A program made the translations under genes and the position numbers. The notes under the pieces were generated by a model. The model saw only the letters and a program-made list of their open reading frames with translations, was not told where the DNA came from and made no database searches. A DNA stretch of 64,000 nt from an uncultured Candidatus Saccharibacteria bacterium (GTDB taxonomy: Bacteria; Patescibacteriota; Minisyncoccia; Phycocordibacterales; GCA-2401445), in NCBI GenBank assembly GCA_964436015.1, contig CAYTAR010000001.1, positions 28,321-92,320 on the forward strand, in the 5' to 3' direction. Positions 45,192 through 55,015 of the stretch are shown one piece after another (position 1 is the first letter of the stretch; every line of letters begins with the position of its first letter).

Positions 45192-45986
45192 GTGAATATA
45201 ACTGATTCAATTATACTTGGGGTGGTTCAAGGGATTACTGAGTTTCTGCCAATTTCGTCAACCGGACACTTAATTCTCATGCGAGATTTTTTTGGTATCG
45301 CTGATACAGACGGTCTTGCGTTTGATGCAATACTGCATCTCTCAACCGCGCTCGCTATAGCCTTTTTCTTTAGAGTAGATATTGCTCGTATGTTACAAAA
45401 AATTCTGCGCCCCATTAATTTTATCCGAACAGGTGGTGTCAGACTTCTTGCGCCTTATATAATTGCAGGTGTTCCGGTAGTTATTGTAGGTTTGCTTGCC
45501 GAAGGGTATATTGAAAGTATATTTAGATCAAGCACTCTTGTTGCATTCATGCTTATTGCGGGGGGAGTGTTGTTTATTGTCTCTGAAAAAGTAGGGGACA
45601 AACGTCCCGCTCAAACAAACACCGTATCAATTAAACAGGCTTTCTTTATAGGACTTCTTCAAGTACTCGCACTTATCCCAGGAATGTCACGCTCAGGGTC
45701 TACTATCAGCGCGGGACTTATTTCTGGTGTGTCTAGAACGACTTCCGCGCGCTTTACTTTTCTTATGGCGCTTCCATTACTAATTGGAGCGGGTGCAAAG
45801 AAGTTTTTTGATATCAGCGGTGATGCTTCTTTTGAGTACGCTCCACTTATTGTTGCTTCTCTCACTTCGTTTGCTGTTGGGTATATTTCACTCAGGTGGC
45901 TGATGAGAATTCTTTCAAAAAAGTCGCTTATTCCTTTTGCGGTCTATCGTTTTGTACTTGCAGGAGTAATACTTGCCTTTTTCTGA
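45192..45986 (+). CDS. uppP: Undecaprenyl-diphosphatase
   Basis: LGVVQGITEFLPISSTGHLIL, PGMSRSGSTISAGL motifs; 8 TM profile. Confidence 0.9.
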   Translation: MNITDSIILGVVQGITEFLPISSTGHLILMRDFFGIADTDGLAFDAILHLSTALAIAFFFRVDIARMLQKILRPINFIRTGGVRLLAPYIIAGVPVVIVGLLAEGYIESIFRSSTLVAFMLIAGGVLFIVSEKVGDKRPAQTNTVSIKQAFFIGLLQVLALIPGMSRSGSTISAGLISGVSRTTSARFTFLMALPLLIGAGAKKFFDISGDASFEYAPLIVASLTSFAVGYISLRWLMRILSKKSLIPFAVYRFVLAGVILAFF

Positions 45987-46007
45987 TAATTATGTTATAA
46001 TATATAT

Positions 46008-46709
46008 ATGACATCAGAGACTACGAGATTTATGTTTGTCCTGCCGATACTGTTTCAGAGTATTATTTATATTGTTATATATATACCATTTAAGGTCTTT
46101 GCTCGTTTTAAAGTGCATGGACTAGAAGAGTTGTCTTTACAACCACAAGGGTTAATTTTTGCTCCGAATCACACCAGTGAGTGGGATCCGATACTTGTTC
46201 GTTTCGCACTTCCACTATTCTCAAGGAAGTTCAGTCCTATGTACTATGTGGCTCGGCAAAGACGTGAGTATACAGAATCAGGTTTGAGACAGTTTTTTTA
46301 TGGAGGTGTTTTTTTCAAATTAGTTGGCGGTTATCCTCGTTACTCAGGTAAAAAAAATTACAATTACTCACTGTTCAATCATATACATCTGTTAAAAAGA
46401 AAAAAAAATGTTACTATTTTCCCTGAAGGAAAAAAGTATGTTGGTGAGATTAATAGAAAAGTTCATGGAGGGGTAGCATTTCTCTCTCATGTAACCAGTA
46501 CACCAGTGATTCCTGTTGCAATCAAAGGTATAGAAAACTTCTCATTAATACGTTTCTTTTCTTTTAAAATGAGAATTTCTGTTACATTTGGAAAGCCAAT
46601 TGATCCACTTACTATTATTCCGCAAACAAATCCAGCTGTTGAAGACTACCAACTAGGTGCACAGTTTATATGGGAAAAAATTCTTGATTTACAACAGCAG
46701 AAACTATGA
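46008..46709 (+). CDS. plsC: 1-acyl-sn-glycerol-3-phosphate acyltransferase family (PlsC/OlsA-like)
   Basis: HxxxxD motif NHTSEWDP, FPEGKK motif, N-terminal TM. Confidence 0.75.
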   Translation: MTSETTRFMFVLPILFQSIIYIVIYIPFKVFARFKVHGLEELSLQPQGLIFAPNHTSEWDPILVRFALPLFSRKFSPMYYVARQRREYTESGLRQFFYGGVFFKLVGGYPRYSGKKNYNYSLFNHIHLLKRKKNVTIFPEGKKYVGEINRKVHGGVAFLSHVTSTPVIPVAIKGIENFSLIRFFSFKMRISVTFGKPIDPLTIIPQTNPAVEDYQLGAQFIWEKILDLQQQKL

Positions 46710-47458
46710 TTACAATAAAAAAACTGACTATTCTAGAGGGAAAGAATAAAAAAACAATAGAATTTGGTATAGCAAATACTCCTGAGGAATTAGAAAAAAT
46801 TTTTAAACTTAGATTTGAAGAGTACTCTAAAAGAGATTATATTTTCAATGAGCGTTACCAAGACAAAAGAGAAGTAGACTTCTATGATGGGCTTATAAGT
46901 ACAAAATATTTCTGTGCATTCCTAGAAGGAAAATTGATAGGTACTATACGGTTAATTACTGAAAAACCACTACCAACGGAACAATATTTTGATTTTACTC
47001 CTCCAGACGAAATAAAAAATCTTCCTAAAGAAAAGTTAGCAGAACTAGGTAGATTTATTGTAATTCCACCTGATCGAGACAAAAAAATTTTTTTACCAAG
47101 AAATGTAGTTTTACTTTTTTTAATAGAAGTGCTTGTCACTTACGCGAAAGAACAAGGTTTAGTGGGCGGATATGCATTTATAAAGCAGTCTTTGATTATA
47201 AAGTTAAAAAAGCTGTCTGCGCCAATTAAGCAAATACCTGTTTATAAAATGCATTATCCAGATGATGGTTCTTTATACAAGTATTTTTATCAAAAAGAAA
47301 ATCCCGTCTTTCCTTGTTATTATGTGTTAGAGGATTTTCAAAAGTACCTGAATAAATTAATTCATTCAGAATGGTTGTTCAAAAAGATAGGCATAGGTCA
47401 TTTTCAATTACGTAGCAACTTATATACTAAGTTTTTAAAAGTTTTTAAGGTATTATAA
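46706..47458 (+). CDS. GNAT-fold N-acyltransferase, N-acyl amino acid synthase / OlsB-like (putative)
   Basis: GKLIGTIRLI and ELGRFIV motifs resembling NAS/OlsB/exosortase-associated acyltransferases; start overlaps plsC stop (ATGA). Confidence 0.5.
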   Translation: MITIKKLTILEGKNKKTIEFGIANTPEELEKIFKLRFEEYSKRDYIFNERYQDKREVDFYDGLISTKYFCAFLEGKLIGTIRLITEKPLPTEQYFDFTPPDEIKNLPKEKLAELGRFIVIPPDRDKKIFLPRNVVLLFLIEVLVTYAKEQGLVGGYAFIKQSLIIKLKKLSAPIKQIPVYKMHYPDDGSLYKYFYQKENPVFPCYYVLEDFQKYLNKLIHSEWLFKKIGIGHFQLRSNLYTKFLKVFKVL

Positions 47459-47462
47459 AGGT

Positions 47463-48167
47463 ATGTTAAATGATACTTTCTGGGAAAAATATTTTTCTGT
47501 GTATGATGCCTTGAATAAATTAATACCTTATCAGGAATTATTAAATCAAATTGTCCTTTCGGCGGGAGAATTAAATGATAAAAAGATACTTGATGCGGGT
47601 TCTGGTACAGGTAATCTCTCTGTGTTGCTTTCTATGTCTGGGGCTACCGTTACGGGAATAGATTATTCTAGAGTAGGGGTATCTATACATAAATCAAAAT
47701 TGCCGAATAGTAAAGTGGTAGTTTCTAATTTGTGCGATTTGCTTCCATTCGAAAGTTCTGAATTTGATGTTGTGGTTTCAAATAATACACTTTACACGAT
47801 TCCTAGGAAGGAAAGAGAGTCTATAGCGCATGAGTTTTTTAGAGTATTAAAACCTGGTGGAAGGGTGGTTATATCTAATCTCAAAGTTAACTTTTCACCA
47901 TTAAAAATTTATATTGACCATTTACAAAAGTCTTTATCAGTAAATGGTTTCTTGAAGACAGTTTATACAGCTTGTAAACTCATACATCCTACAATTAAAA
48001 TTTTTTATTATAATAAATTAATTCAAAACGAAAACCGTAGTGGCTCATATGATTTTTTTGAAGATAATGAGCAATCAGAACTTTTAATTAGAGCCGGATT
48101 TTCGAAAATAACTCTTGTTAAAGATGTATATTCCAAGCAAGGTGAATTAGTGGTCGCTCTAAAATAA
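47463..48167 (+). CDS. Class I SAM-dependent methyltransferase
   Basis: Motif I ILDAGSGTGNLSVLL, motif post-I VTGIDYS, motif II FDVVVSNNTLY, LKPGGRVVIS. Confidence 0.8.
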   Translation: MLNDTFWEKYFSVYDALNKLIPYQELLNQIVLSAGELNDKKILDAGSGTGNLSVLLSMSGATVTGIDYSRVGVSIHKSKLPNSKVVVSNLCDLLPFESSEFDVVVSNNTLYTIPRKERESIAHEFFRVLKPGGRVVISNLKVNFSPLKIYIDHLQKSLSVNGFLKTVYTACKLIHPTIKIFYYNKLIQNENRSGSYDFFEDNEQSELLIRAGFSKITLVKDVYSKQGELVVALK

Positions 48168-49772
48168 ATGAATAGTTTTCTCAGCATTTTAATTTATTTT
48201 GTGTTAGTCACCAATGTTATATTGGGTGTTGTTATTCTTTCAAGAGGGATAAAAAATACACTTAATATACTATTCGGGATGCTTACATTTAGTGTATCTT
48301 TTTGGTGTATAAGTGTCATTGGTTTTTATTCACCTAATTTCCCACTTGAAACTAAATGGACGGCGTGGACACATCTGTTTGCATTACTAATAAGTTATAT
48401 TTTTTTCTTTTTCAGCACCCGTTTCCCCTCCAAGATGCGCATACGTAAATTAATTTACTTCATTGCCTTCATTCTATTTTTTGTAGTTGTTTATCTACTA
48501 TTTTACAGCAACATTATTGTAGGAAATACTATTGATTTTAAATATGAGGTCAACTTTGGTTACTACATCTACGCATTGATTATTTCTTTTTTCTTTTTAT
48601 CTGGCTACTATACATTTGCACTTCAGTATCGCAATCAGAGTGAACATGTAAAAAAGAATCAAATCAAATATATTTTTTTAGGCTCGTTTTTATCTTCTAT
48701 ACCAGCTATTATTACTAATCTTTTGCTTCCTGCTATAGGTATTTTTAACTATACGTGGCTTGGTCCAATATTTACAGTCTTTCTTGTGGGCTCTATCTTT
48801 ATAGCTATTTTTAGATTTCACCTCTTCAATATTAAAGTTATTATTACTGAAATAATTTCTATTTTCATAATTTCAGTTCTAACAATAGAGATGTTTTTAG
48901 CACAATCAGTTATTTCACTCCTAACAAAAACTTTTGTTTTGATGCTCTTTACTGTACTTTCTTATTTCCTTATAAGAAGTGTCTACAAAGAAGTTGAAGC
49001 AAAGGAGGAAAACTTTAAGCTTGCGGCTAATCTCTCTAAAGCAAATGCTAAACTCCGTGCGCTTGATAGGCAGAAATCAGAATTTCTTTCTATTGCGTCT
49101 CACCAAATACGAGGACCGCTCGCTTCTATCAAGGGTTACGCCTCGCTTATCTTAGAGGGGTCTTTTGGTAAGATTAATCCTAAAGCACGTGAAGCGGTTG
49201 AGCGTATCTTTAGTTCCAGTCACAACCTCGTCCTTGTGGTTAATGATTTCCTTGATGTGTCTCGAATTGATCAAGACAACATGAAGCTCACCCCGGTGTT
49301 GCTTGATTGGAGAAAGGTGGCTAAAGAAACTATTGATGAGCTCCAACCCTCAGTTGAGAAGCGTGGTCTTAAGATTAAGTTTTCAACTGACAAGAAGGTG
49401 TCCTACCCAATATATGCTGATATAGGTAAAGTAAAGCAAATAATTTCTAACCTTGTAGATAATGCTGTGAAATATACTCCAAAGGGAAGTATTGCAGTAT
49501 TCCTTGAAAAGAAAAAGGATGTATTTCGTCTTACCATTTCAGATACTGGTATTGGTATGAGTGAAGAAACAATTTCAGTATTGTTTGAAAAATTCAGTCG
49601 TGCAAAAGACGCTGGAAAAGTAAATATTATGGGCACCGGACTCGGTTTGTATGTCGTTAAGAAGCTTGCGATAATGCAAAAGGGTAAAGTGTGGGCAGAA
49701 TCAGATGGAGAAGGCAAGGGTTCTCGCTTTATAGTGGAATTTCCAATTCATACAGAAAAAAGTGCAACATAA
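48168..49772 (+). CDS. Sensor histidine kinase with 7-TM N-terminal sensor domain (orphan: no adjacent response regulator)
   Basis: HisKA H-box LSIASHQIRGPLASI; HATPase_c N-box DNAVKYT, G1 DTGIGM, G2 GTGLGLYVVKKL; start ATG immediately follows methyltransferase stop. Confidence 0.85.
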   Translation: MNSFLSILIYFVLVTNVILGVVILSRGIKNTLNILFGMLTFSVSFWCISVIGFYSPNFPLETKWTAWTHLFALLISYIFFFFSTRFPSKMRIRKLIYFIAFILFFVVVYLLFYSNIIVGNTIDFKYEVNFGYYIYALIISFFFLSGYYTFALQYRNQSEHVKKNQIKYIFLGSFLSSIPAIITNLLLPAIGIFNYTWLGPIFTVFLVGSIFIAIFRFHLFNIKVIITEIISIFIISVLTIEMFLAQSVISLLTKTFVLMLFTVLSYFLIRSVYKEVEAKEENFKLAANLSKANAKLRALDRQKSEFLSIASHQIRGPLASIKGYASLILEGSFGKINPKAREAVERIFSSSHNLVLVVNDFLDVSRIDQDNMKLTPVLLDWRKVAKETIDELQPSVEKRGLKIKFSTDKKVSYPIYADIGKVKQIISNLVDNAVKYTPKGSIAVFLEKKKDVFRLTISDTGIGMSEETISVLFEKFSRAKDAGKVNIMGTGLGLYVVKKLAIMQKGKVWAESDGEGKGSRFIVEFPIHTEKSAT

Positions 49773-50208
49773 TCATTTATCTCAAACTGAATATTCCTAT
49801 GGAGTTGTACCTTTCTTCAAAAACGAAGAAGGTAATATTGAAATACTTTTCGTGTGCCAGGTTGAAGGGAAATGGGGTTTTCCTAAGGGGCACTCTGAAG
49901 AAAATGAAGATCCGCTTATTACCGCACAACGTGAGTTTAGCGAGGAGACGGGAATAACTGATTTTGAATTGTTAGACCCATTTTTATTTACCGAAACATA
50001 CACTCATACGAAAGATGGCATTTCCAGAGTGAAGATAGTCGAATACGCTCCTGTGCTAGTACTATCAAAAGATACCGACATCCAAGAAGCTGAGATTGCT
50101 GAGATAGCGTGGGTTACTCTTTCTTCCACTCCAGCGTTTGAACTTACACCTGGAAGAGCGGAGGTGTATGTGCAGGCATGTAAATATGTCACCGAGAAGC
50201 ACCTTTAA
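49762..50208 (+). CDS. NUDIX hydrolase
   Basis: Nudix box GFPKGHSEENEDPLITAQREFSEETGI. Confidence 0.85.
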   Translation: MQHNHLSQTEYSYGVVPFFKNEEGNIEILFVCQVEGKWGFPKGHSEENEDPLITAQREFSEETGITDFELLDPFLFTETYTHTKDGISRVKIVEYAPVLVLSKDTDIQEAEIAEIAWVTLSSTPAFELTPGRAEVYVQACKYVTEKHL

Positions 50209-50214
50209 TTCTAT

Positions 50215-51207
50215 TTGTTTTTCTGGTACACTCAAAGGGTGAAAAAACGTCTGTTATCGGCAATAAAGCCCACTGGGGAGTTGCATATAGGCAACTATTT
50301 TGGTGCCATTAAACAGTTTGTAGCATTGCAGGATACGACAGAATCCTTTGTTTTTGTCGCAGACTACCATGCGCTCAACCATATACAGAATAAAGAAAAG
50401 ATGGAAGCTCACACTCTCTCTGTTACCGCAGGGTATATTGCTTGTGGAATGGACCCAGAGAAAGTAGTACTTTTTAAGCAGTCAGATGTGTCTGCACATG
50501 CTGAACTCGCGATCATATTTAACTCTATTACGACCATGCCGTACTTAATGCGCGCGCATGCGTTTAAAGACGCGGAAGCAAAAAATAAAGATATTAGTGT
50601 AGGCACATTTGATTATCCGATTCTTATGGCATCAGATATTTTGCTATATAGTCCGGATATTGTTCCAGTAGGGCAAGATCAAAAGCAACATATTGAAATT
50701 GCTCGTGACACCGCTGAGAAGTTTAATAGAATTTTCGGTGAGACATTCTCTCTTCCTGAACCATTTATTATTGAATCAGTTAAATCAGTCCCAGGAATTG
50801 ATGGTAGGAAGATGAGTAAGAGCTACAGCAATACTATCCCGCTTTTTGGCGAAGATGAAGAAATTAGGAAAGCGTGTATGAGTATTGTTACAAATTCAAA
50901 TGCAAAAGGAACTCCTAACGACCCGAATGATACACTCTTTACTCTTATTTCGTATTTTGTGGATGACACGGAAAAAGAAAATCTCAAAGACAGGTATATT
51001 GCAGGAGATCTTGGATACAAAGAAGCAAAGGAATTACTTACGGATAACATACTAGCTCATATCACTCCTTTCAGAGAAAAGTATAGAGAAATATTAGGCA
51101 AACCCGATTATATACATTCGCTTTTGCATAAGGGGGCGGAGAAGGTGCGCGGTATCGCATCACAAAAATTACTTGAAGCAAAAAGGGCAATAGGGGTCAA
51201 CGTATAA
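50215..51207 (+). CDS. trpS: Tryptophan--tRNA ligase
   Basis: Class I HIGH-type (PTGELHIGNYFGA) and KMSKS (GRKMSKSYSNTI) motifs; 330 aa. Confidence 0.9.
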   Translation: MFFWYTQRVKKRLLSAIKPTGELHIGNYFGAIKQFVALQDTTESFVFVADYHALNHIQNKEKMEAHTLSVTAGYIACGMDPEKVVLFKQSDVSAHAELAIIFNSITTMPYLMRAHAFKDAEAKNKDISVGTFDYPILMASDILLYSPDIVPVGQDQKQHIEIARDTAEKFNRIFGETFSLPEPFIIESVKSVPGIDGRKMSKSYSNTIPLFGEDEEIRKACMSIVTNSNAKGTPNDPNDTLFTLISYFVDDTEKENLKDRYIAGDLGYKEAKELLTDNILAHITPFREKYREILGKPDYIHSLLHKGAEKVRGIASQKLLEAKRAIGVNV

Positions 51208-51217
51208 CAAATAATGT

Positions 51218-52621
51218 ATGAAAGAAAGAATATATATAAAAAATCTTAGTCATCACATCGGGAATGAAGTAGTAGTATTGGGCTGGGTTGATATACGTAG
51301 AGATCACGGTAAACTTATTTTTTTAGACATTAGGGATGAAACTGGAAAAGTGCAAGCGGTCGCACTTCCAAACCGTACTGAAGCAAAAGCTATCGCGGAA
51401 AAACTTCGAACTGAATGGGTTGTTGAAATAGTTGCACTAGTAAATCCTCGACCCGAGAAAATGATTAAGGAAGGGGAGGCTAATGGTGCAATCGAGCTTG
51501 AACTTGTATCAATTACTGTTTTAAATGAAGCACTTACTCCAGCAATAAGTATTGATACTGATGGGTATGAGGTCGGAGAAGATGTTCGCCTTGCACATAG
51601 ATATCTTGATTTGAGACGCGCACGAATGCAACGAAACATACGCAAGCGCTACGAAGTCACAAAATTTATTCGTGACTACATGGACGCGAAAGGTTTTGTT
51701 GAAATAGAAACTCCACTATTGACCAAATCCACTCCAGAAGGGGCTCGAGACTACGTGGTTCCTTCTCGTCTTGAGAATGGCTCATTTTACGCTCTGCCAC
51801 AGTCCCCACAGCAATATAAACAGTTACTCATGGCTTCTGGGTTTGAAAAGTATTTTCAAATAGCTCGGTGTATGCGAGATGAAGACACGAGGGGTGACAG
51901 ACAGCCTGAATTTACTCAGCTTGATATGGAAATGTCCTTCACTACACGTGAGGAAGTAATGGCACTTAATGAAGAGCTTTTGATTGATGTGGTTAAGGTT
52001 CTATTTCCAGAAAAGAAAATACAACAAATTCCATTTCCACGACTTTCTTATAAAGAAGCAATGGAAAAATATGGAAATGACCGACCTGATTTAAGGGAAG
52101 ATAAAAAAGATCCAAACCTCCTTGCTTTTTGCTGGGTAATTGATTTTCCACTTTTTGAGAAAACTGATAATGGAAAACTTACTTTTAGTCACAATCCTTT
52201 TTGTTCACCGAGAGAAGAGTACGTCTCTCAGTTATCACAAAAAAAGAATTTAGAGTCTATCATTTCTAACCAATACGACATTGCATTAAATGGACTTGAA
52301 ATTGGTGGTGGAAGTATTCGTATCCATAATGCTGAGTTACAGCGCACCGTGTTTGAAATTCTTGGTCATTCCGATACTAATATTGATCAAAACTTTGGAC
52401 ATATGCTGAATGCCTTTAAAACCGGAACACCTCCACATGGGGGAATCGCATGGGGTTTTGACCGGTTCATGTCAATCTTGCTTAATGAACCAAACATTCG
52501 TGAAGTCATCGCTTTTCCTAAAACAGGAGAAGGCAAAGATTTACTCCTAACTGCCCCAAGTCAAATTTCACCGGAACAGCTTCTTGAGCTTGGAATATCA
52601 ATAAAAAAAGAAAAGAAATAA
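51218..52621 (+). CDS. aspS: Aspartate--tRNA ligase, bacterial-type catalytic core lacking the GAD insertion domain (467 aa)
   Basis: OB anticodon-binding N-domain; QSPQQYKQLLMASGFEKYFQIARCMRDEDTRGDRQPEFTQLDMEMSF (bacterial AspRS motif 2 region), motif 3 GGGSIRIHN...GIAWGFDRFMSILL. Confidence 0.85.
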   Translation: MKERIYIKNLSHHIGNEVVVLGWVDIRRDHGKLIFLDIRDETGKVQAVALPNRTEAKAIAEKLRTEWVVEIVALVNPRPEKMIKEGEANGAIELELVSITVLNEALTPAISIDTDGYEVGEDVRLAHRYLDLRRARMQRNIRKRYEVTKFIRDYMDAKGFVEIETPLLTKSTPEGARDYVVPSRLENGSFYALPQSPQQYKQLLMASGFEKYFQIARCMRDEDTRGDRQPEFTQLDMEMSFTTREEVMALNEELLIDVVKVLFPEKKIQQIPFPRLSYKEAMEKYGNDRPDLREDKKDPNLLAFCWVIDFPLFEKTDNGKLTFSHNPFCSPREEYVSQLSQKKNLESIISNQYDIALNGLEIGGGSIRIHNAELQRTVFEILGHSDTNIDQNFGHMLNAFKTGTPPHGGIAWGFDRFMSILLNEPNIREVIAFPKTGEGKDLLLTAPSQISPEQLLELGISIKKEKK

Positions 52622-53346
52622 TGACTGAGTTTTTAGTGCGAACAGAACAGTTTGAAGGACCGTTGGAAACACTTCTTACGCTTATTGAAAAGCGAAAGAT
52701 GCTAATCAACGACATCTCGCTTTCAGCAGTTACCGACGACTATATTACTCACTTGAAATCCTTAGGGCATTTTCCAACTGAACACACTGCTCAGTTTATT
52801 CTTATTGCCTCCACACTTCTACTCATTAAATCAAAGTCACTTCTACCAATTCTTTCATTTACCAATGAAGAGAAGGGAGATATGGCTAATTTGGAGCGCA
52901 GATTACGTGCATTTAAAATAATTCAAGAGGCGGGTTTTGAATTAAGAAAAAGGTTTGGATCAAACATGCTTTTTTCTCGTACTGCACGAAAAAGTATTGA
53001 TATAGTTTTTGCTCCATCACAAGACTTAACTCCCGAAAGACTTTTTCCTGCTCTAGAAGAGATGCTCAAAAGAGTGCCAGTGAAAACACCTCGCAAATCA
53101 GCCACAATACACACCACGGTTACTCTTGAAGAGATGATTGTAAAGCTTACTGAGCGAGTAACTCAAACACTTAAAACAAGTTTCAAAGAGTTTACAAAGG
53201 ACAGTACACAGAAGGTAGATATTATAGTAAGTTTTCTTGCCCTGCTTGAATTGGTAAAACAGGGTACTATAAAGGCAGAACAAGAGCACCGATTCTCAGA
53301 TATAGACATAGAATCACATAATGTATCACTTCCTCATTACGGATAA
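52621..53346 (+). CDS. scpA: Segregation and condensation protein A
   Basis: N-terminal FEGPLETLLTLIEKRKMLINDISLSAVTDDYI; ATG overlaps aspS stop. Confidence 0.85.
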   Translation: MTEFLVRTEQFEGPLETLLTLIEKRKMLINDISLSAVTDDYITHLKSLGHFPTEHTAQFILIASTLLLIKSKSLLPILSFTNEEKGDMANLERRLRAFKIIQEAGFELRKRFGSNMLFSRTARKSIDIVFAPSQDLTPERLFPALEEMLKRVPVKTPRKSATIHTTVTLEEMIVKLTERVTQTLKTSFKEFTKDSTQKVDIIVSFLALLELVKQGTIKAEQEHRFSDIDIESHNVSLPHYG

Positions 53347-53364
53347 ATACGCTACCATTATCCA

Positions 53365-53949
53365 ATGCATCAAACACATCGAGTAATTGAGACAATCTTG
53401 TTTTATACCGCAGAACCGCAAACGGTTGATGCTCTTTGTAGTATGCTGTCTTTAACTCGGGACCAGGTTGAGAAGGGAATACACGATTTAAAAAAAAGAC
53501 TTATTGATAGCGGAAGTGGAATAAGTGTAATTCGTCATAATGATACAGTTGAGCTTCGTACTCATTCAGATTTCGGCACGCTTATTGAGCAGATTCGTAA
53601 AGATGAACTTACCAGAGATATCGGTAAAGCAGGTTTGGAAACAGTGGCCATCTTACTCTATCTTGGAAATTCAACACGGAGTGATATAGACTATATACGA
53701 GGTGTGAACTCATCTTTTATACTTCGTAACTTAGTTATGAGAGGTTTGGTTACTAGAGTTGAGCATCCAACAGATCAAAGAACGCACCTATACTCACTCA
53801 CCACTGACGCGCTTGCTCATCTTGGAATAACTTCAAGTGAGCAACTTCCTGATTTTGAGAAAATACGACAGACACTCCGTAAAACTCTTGATGAACAAAA
53901 TGATACCGAAGAAGTGTCCACAACCACTGCTGAATCACCACAAGTATAG
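53365..53949 (+). CDS. scpB: Segregation and condensation protein B
   Basis: Tandem winged-helix ScpB pattern (IETILFYTAEPQTVDAL..., GLETVAILLYLGNSTRSDIDYIRGVN). Confidence 0.85.
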   Translation: MHQTHRVIETILFYTAEPQTVDALCSMLSLTRDQVEKGIHDLKKRLIDSGSGISVIRHNDTVELRTHSDFGTLIEQIRKDELTRDIGKAGLETVAILLYLGNSTRSDIDYIRGVNSSFILRNLVMRGLVTRVEHPTDQRTHLYSLTTDALAHLGITSSEQLPDFEKIRQTLRKTLDEQNDTEEVSTTTAESPQV

Positions 53950-53953
53950 TGTT

Positions 53954-54976
53954 ATGAAATTTATTACTCTTACAGAAGAACATAAAAAGCAAATTGGATC
54001 AATCCTTATCCCTCTCGCTTTGCTGTCAGTGATACCATTTACTCCTGATGCTACTGAAGTGGTTACTCCAGAGCCAGAGGATCAGATTGTGCAAGAAATA
54101 CCGGCTCCAAATGACCCTTTTGGTGATATTGTTGTTCACGCTCAATCAGCAATAGTTCTTGATGTCACCAAAAATGAGATACTGTTTGAAAAAAATGCTG
54201 ATGTACAATTACCACTTGCGTCTGTCACAAAACTTATGACCGCATATGTTGCTCACGAGCTAACAGAGCGGGGGAATGAAATAGTTATTACAGCAGAAGC
54301 GTTGAGGGAAGAAGGGGATTCTGGTTTGTACTTACATGAACGGTGGGATGTTCGTGACCTCATGGATTTTACGCTTTTAGTGTCATCAAATGATGGTGCA
54401 CGTGCTATTGCATCAGCAATTGGATCTCTCTTCGCCTCTCAAGTACATTCCGCATCCACTTCGCAAGTGGTAAATAGTAAAGTATCCTCTTTTATTTCAA
54501 GCAGCACAGTAGATACCAGTATCCCTCCGCACGACGTTTTCGTTGAACTTATGAATGTAGCGGCGAAAGACATGGGACTTGAATCTACTTATTTTCACAA
54601 TGCTTCAGGGCTAGATATAAGCGATTCTCAATCGGGTGCATATGGTTCTGCACGTGACATGGCACATTTGATATCTACCATGTACAAGAAAGATAATCAT
54701 ATGCTTGATGCTACTAAATACACCGAGCTTTCTTTTACTTCAATAGACGAACTTCCTCATGGAGCAACGAATACAAACGATGTTCTTGCTAATTTACCAA
54801 ATGTTCTTGGCTCAAAAACAGGCTATACTGATCTAGCTGGGGGCAATCTCGTAGTGTTGATTGATGCGGGTATTAACTATCCTATTGCAATTGCAGTACT
54901 TGGTTCAACCTATGACAAAAGATTCTCTGATGTTGAGTTACTAGCATGGAAAGCGCTTGAGCGCATTGCACAATAG
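53954..54976 (+). CDS. D-alanyl-D-alanine carboxypeptidase (PBP5/DacA-like serine peptidase); ORF track start 53837 overlaps scpB
   Basis: Signal/TM then SxxK active site LPLASVTKLMTAYVA, SxN (SSND), KTG (SKTGYT) motifs. Confidence 0.8.
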   Translation: MKFITLTEEHKKQIGSILIPLALLSVIPFTPDATEVVTPEPEDQIVQEIPAPNDPFGDIVVHAQSAIVLDVTKNEILFEKNADVQLPLASVTKLMTAYVAHELTERGNEIVITAEALREEGDSGLYLHERWDVRDLMDFTLLVSSNDGARAIASAIGSLFASQVHSASTSQVVNSKVSSFISSSTVDTSIPPHDVFVELMNVAAKDMGLESTYFHNASGLDISDSQSGAYGSARDMAHLISTMYKKDNHMLDATKYTELSFTSIDELPHGATNTNDVLANLPNVLGSKTGYTDLAGGNLVVLIDAGINYPIAIAVLGSTYDKRFSDVELLAWKALERIAQ

Positions 54977-55015
54977 CGTTTTGCGCTATTTAAGCTACGC
55001 CGTATAATACAGTGT

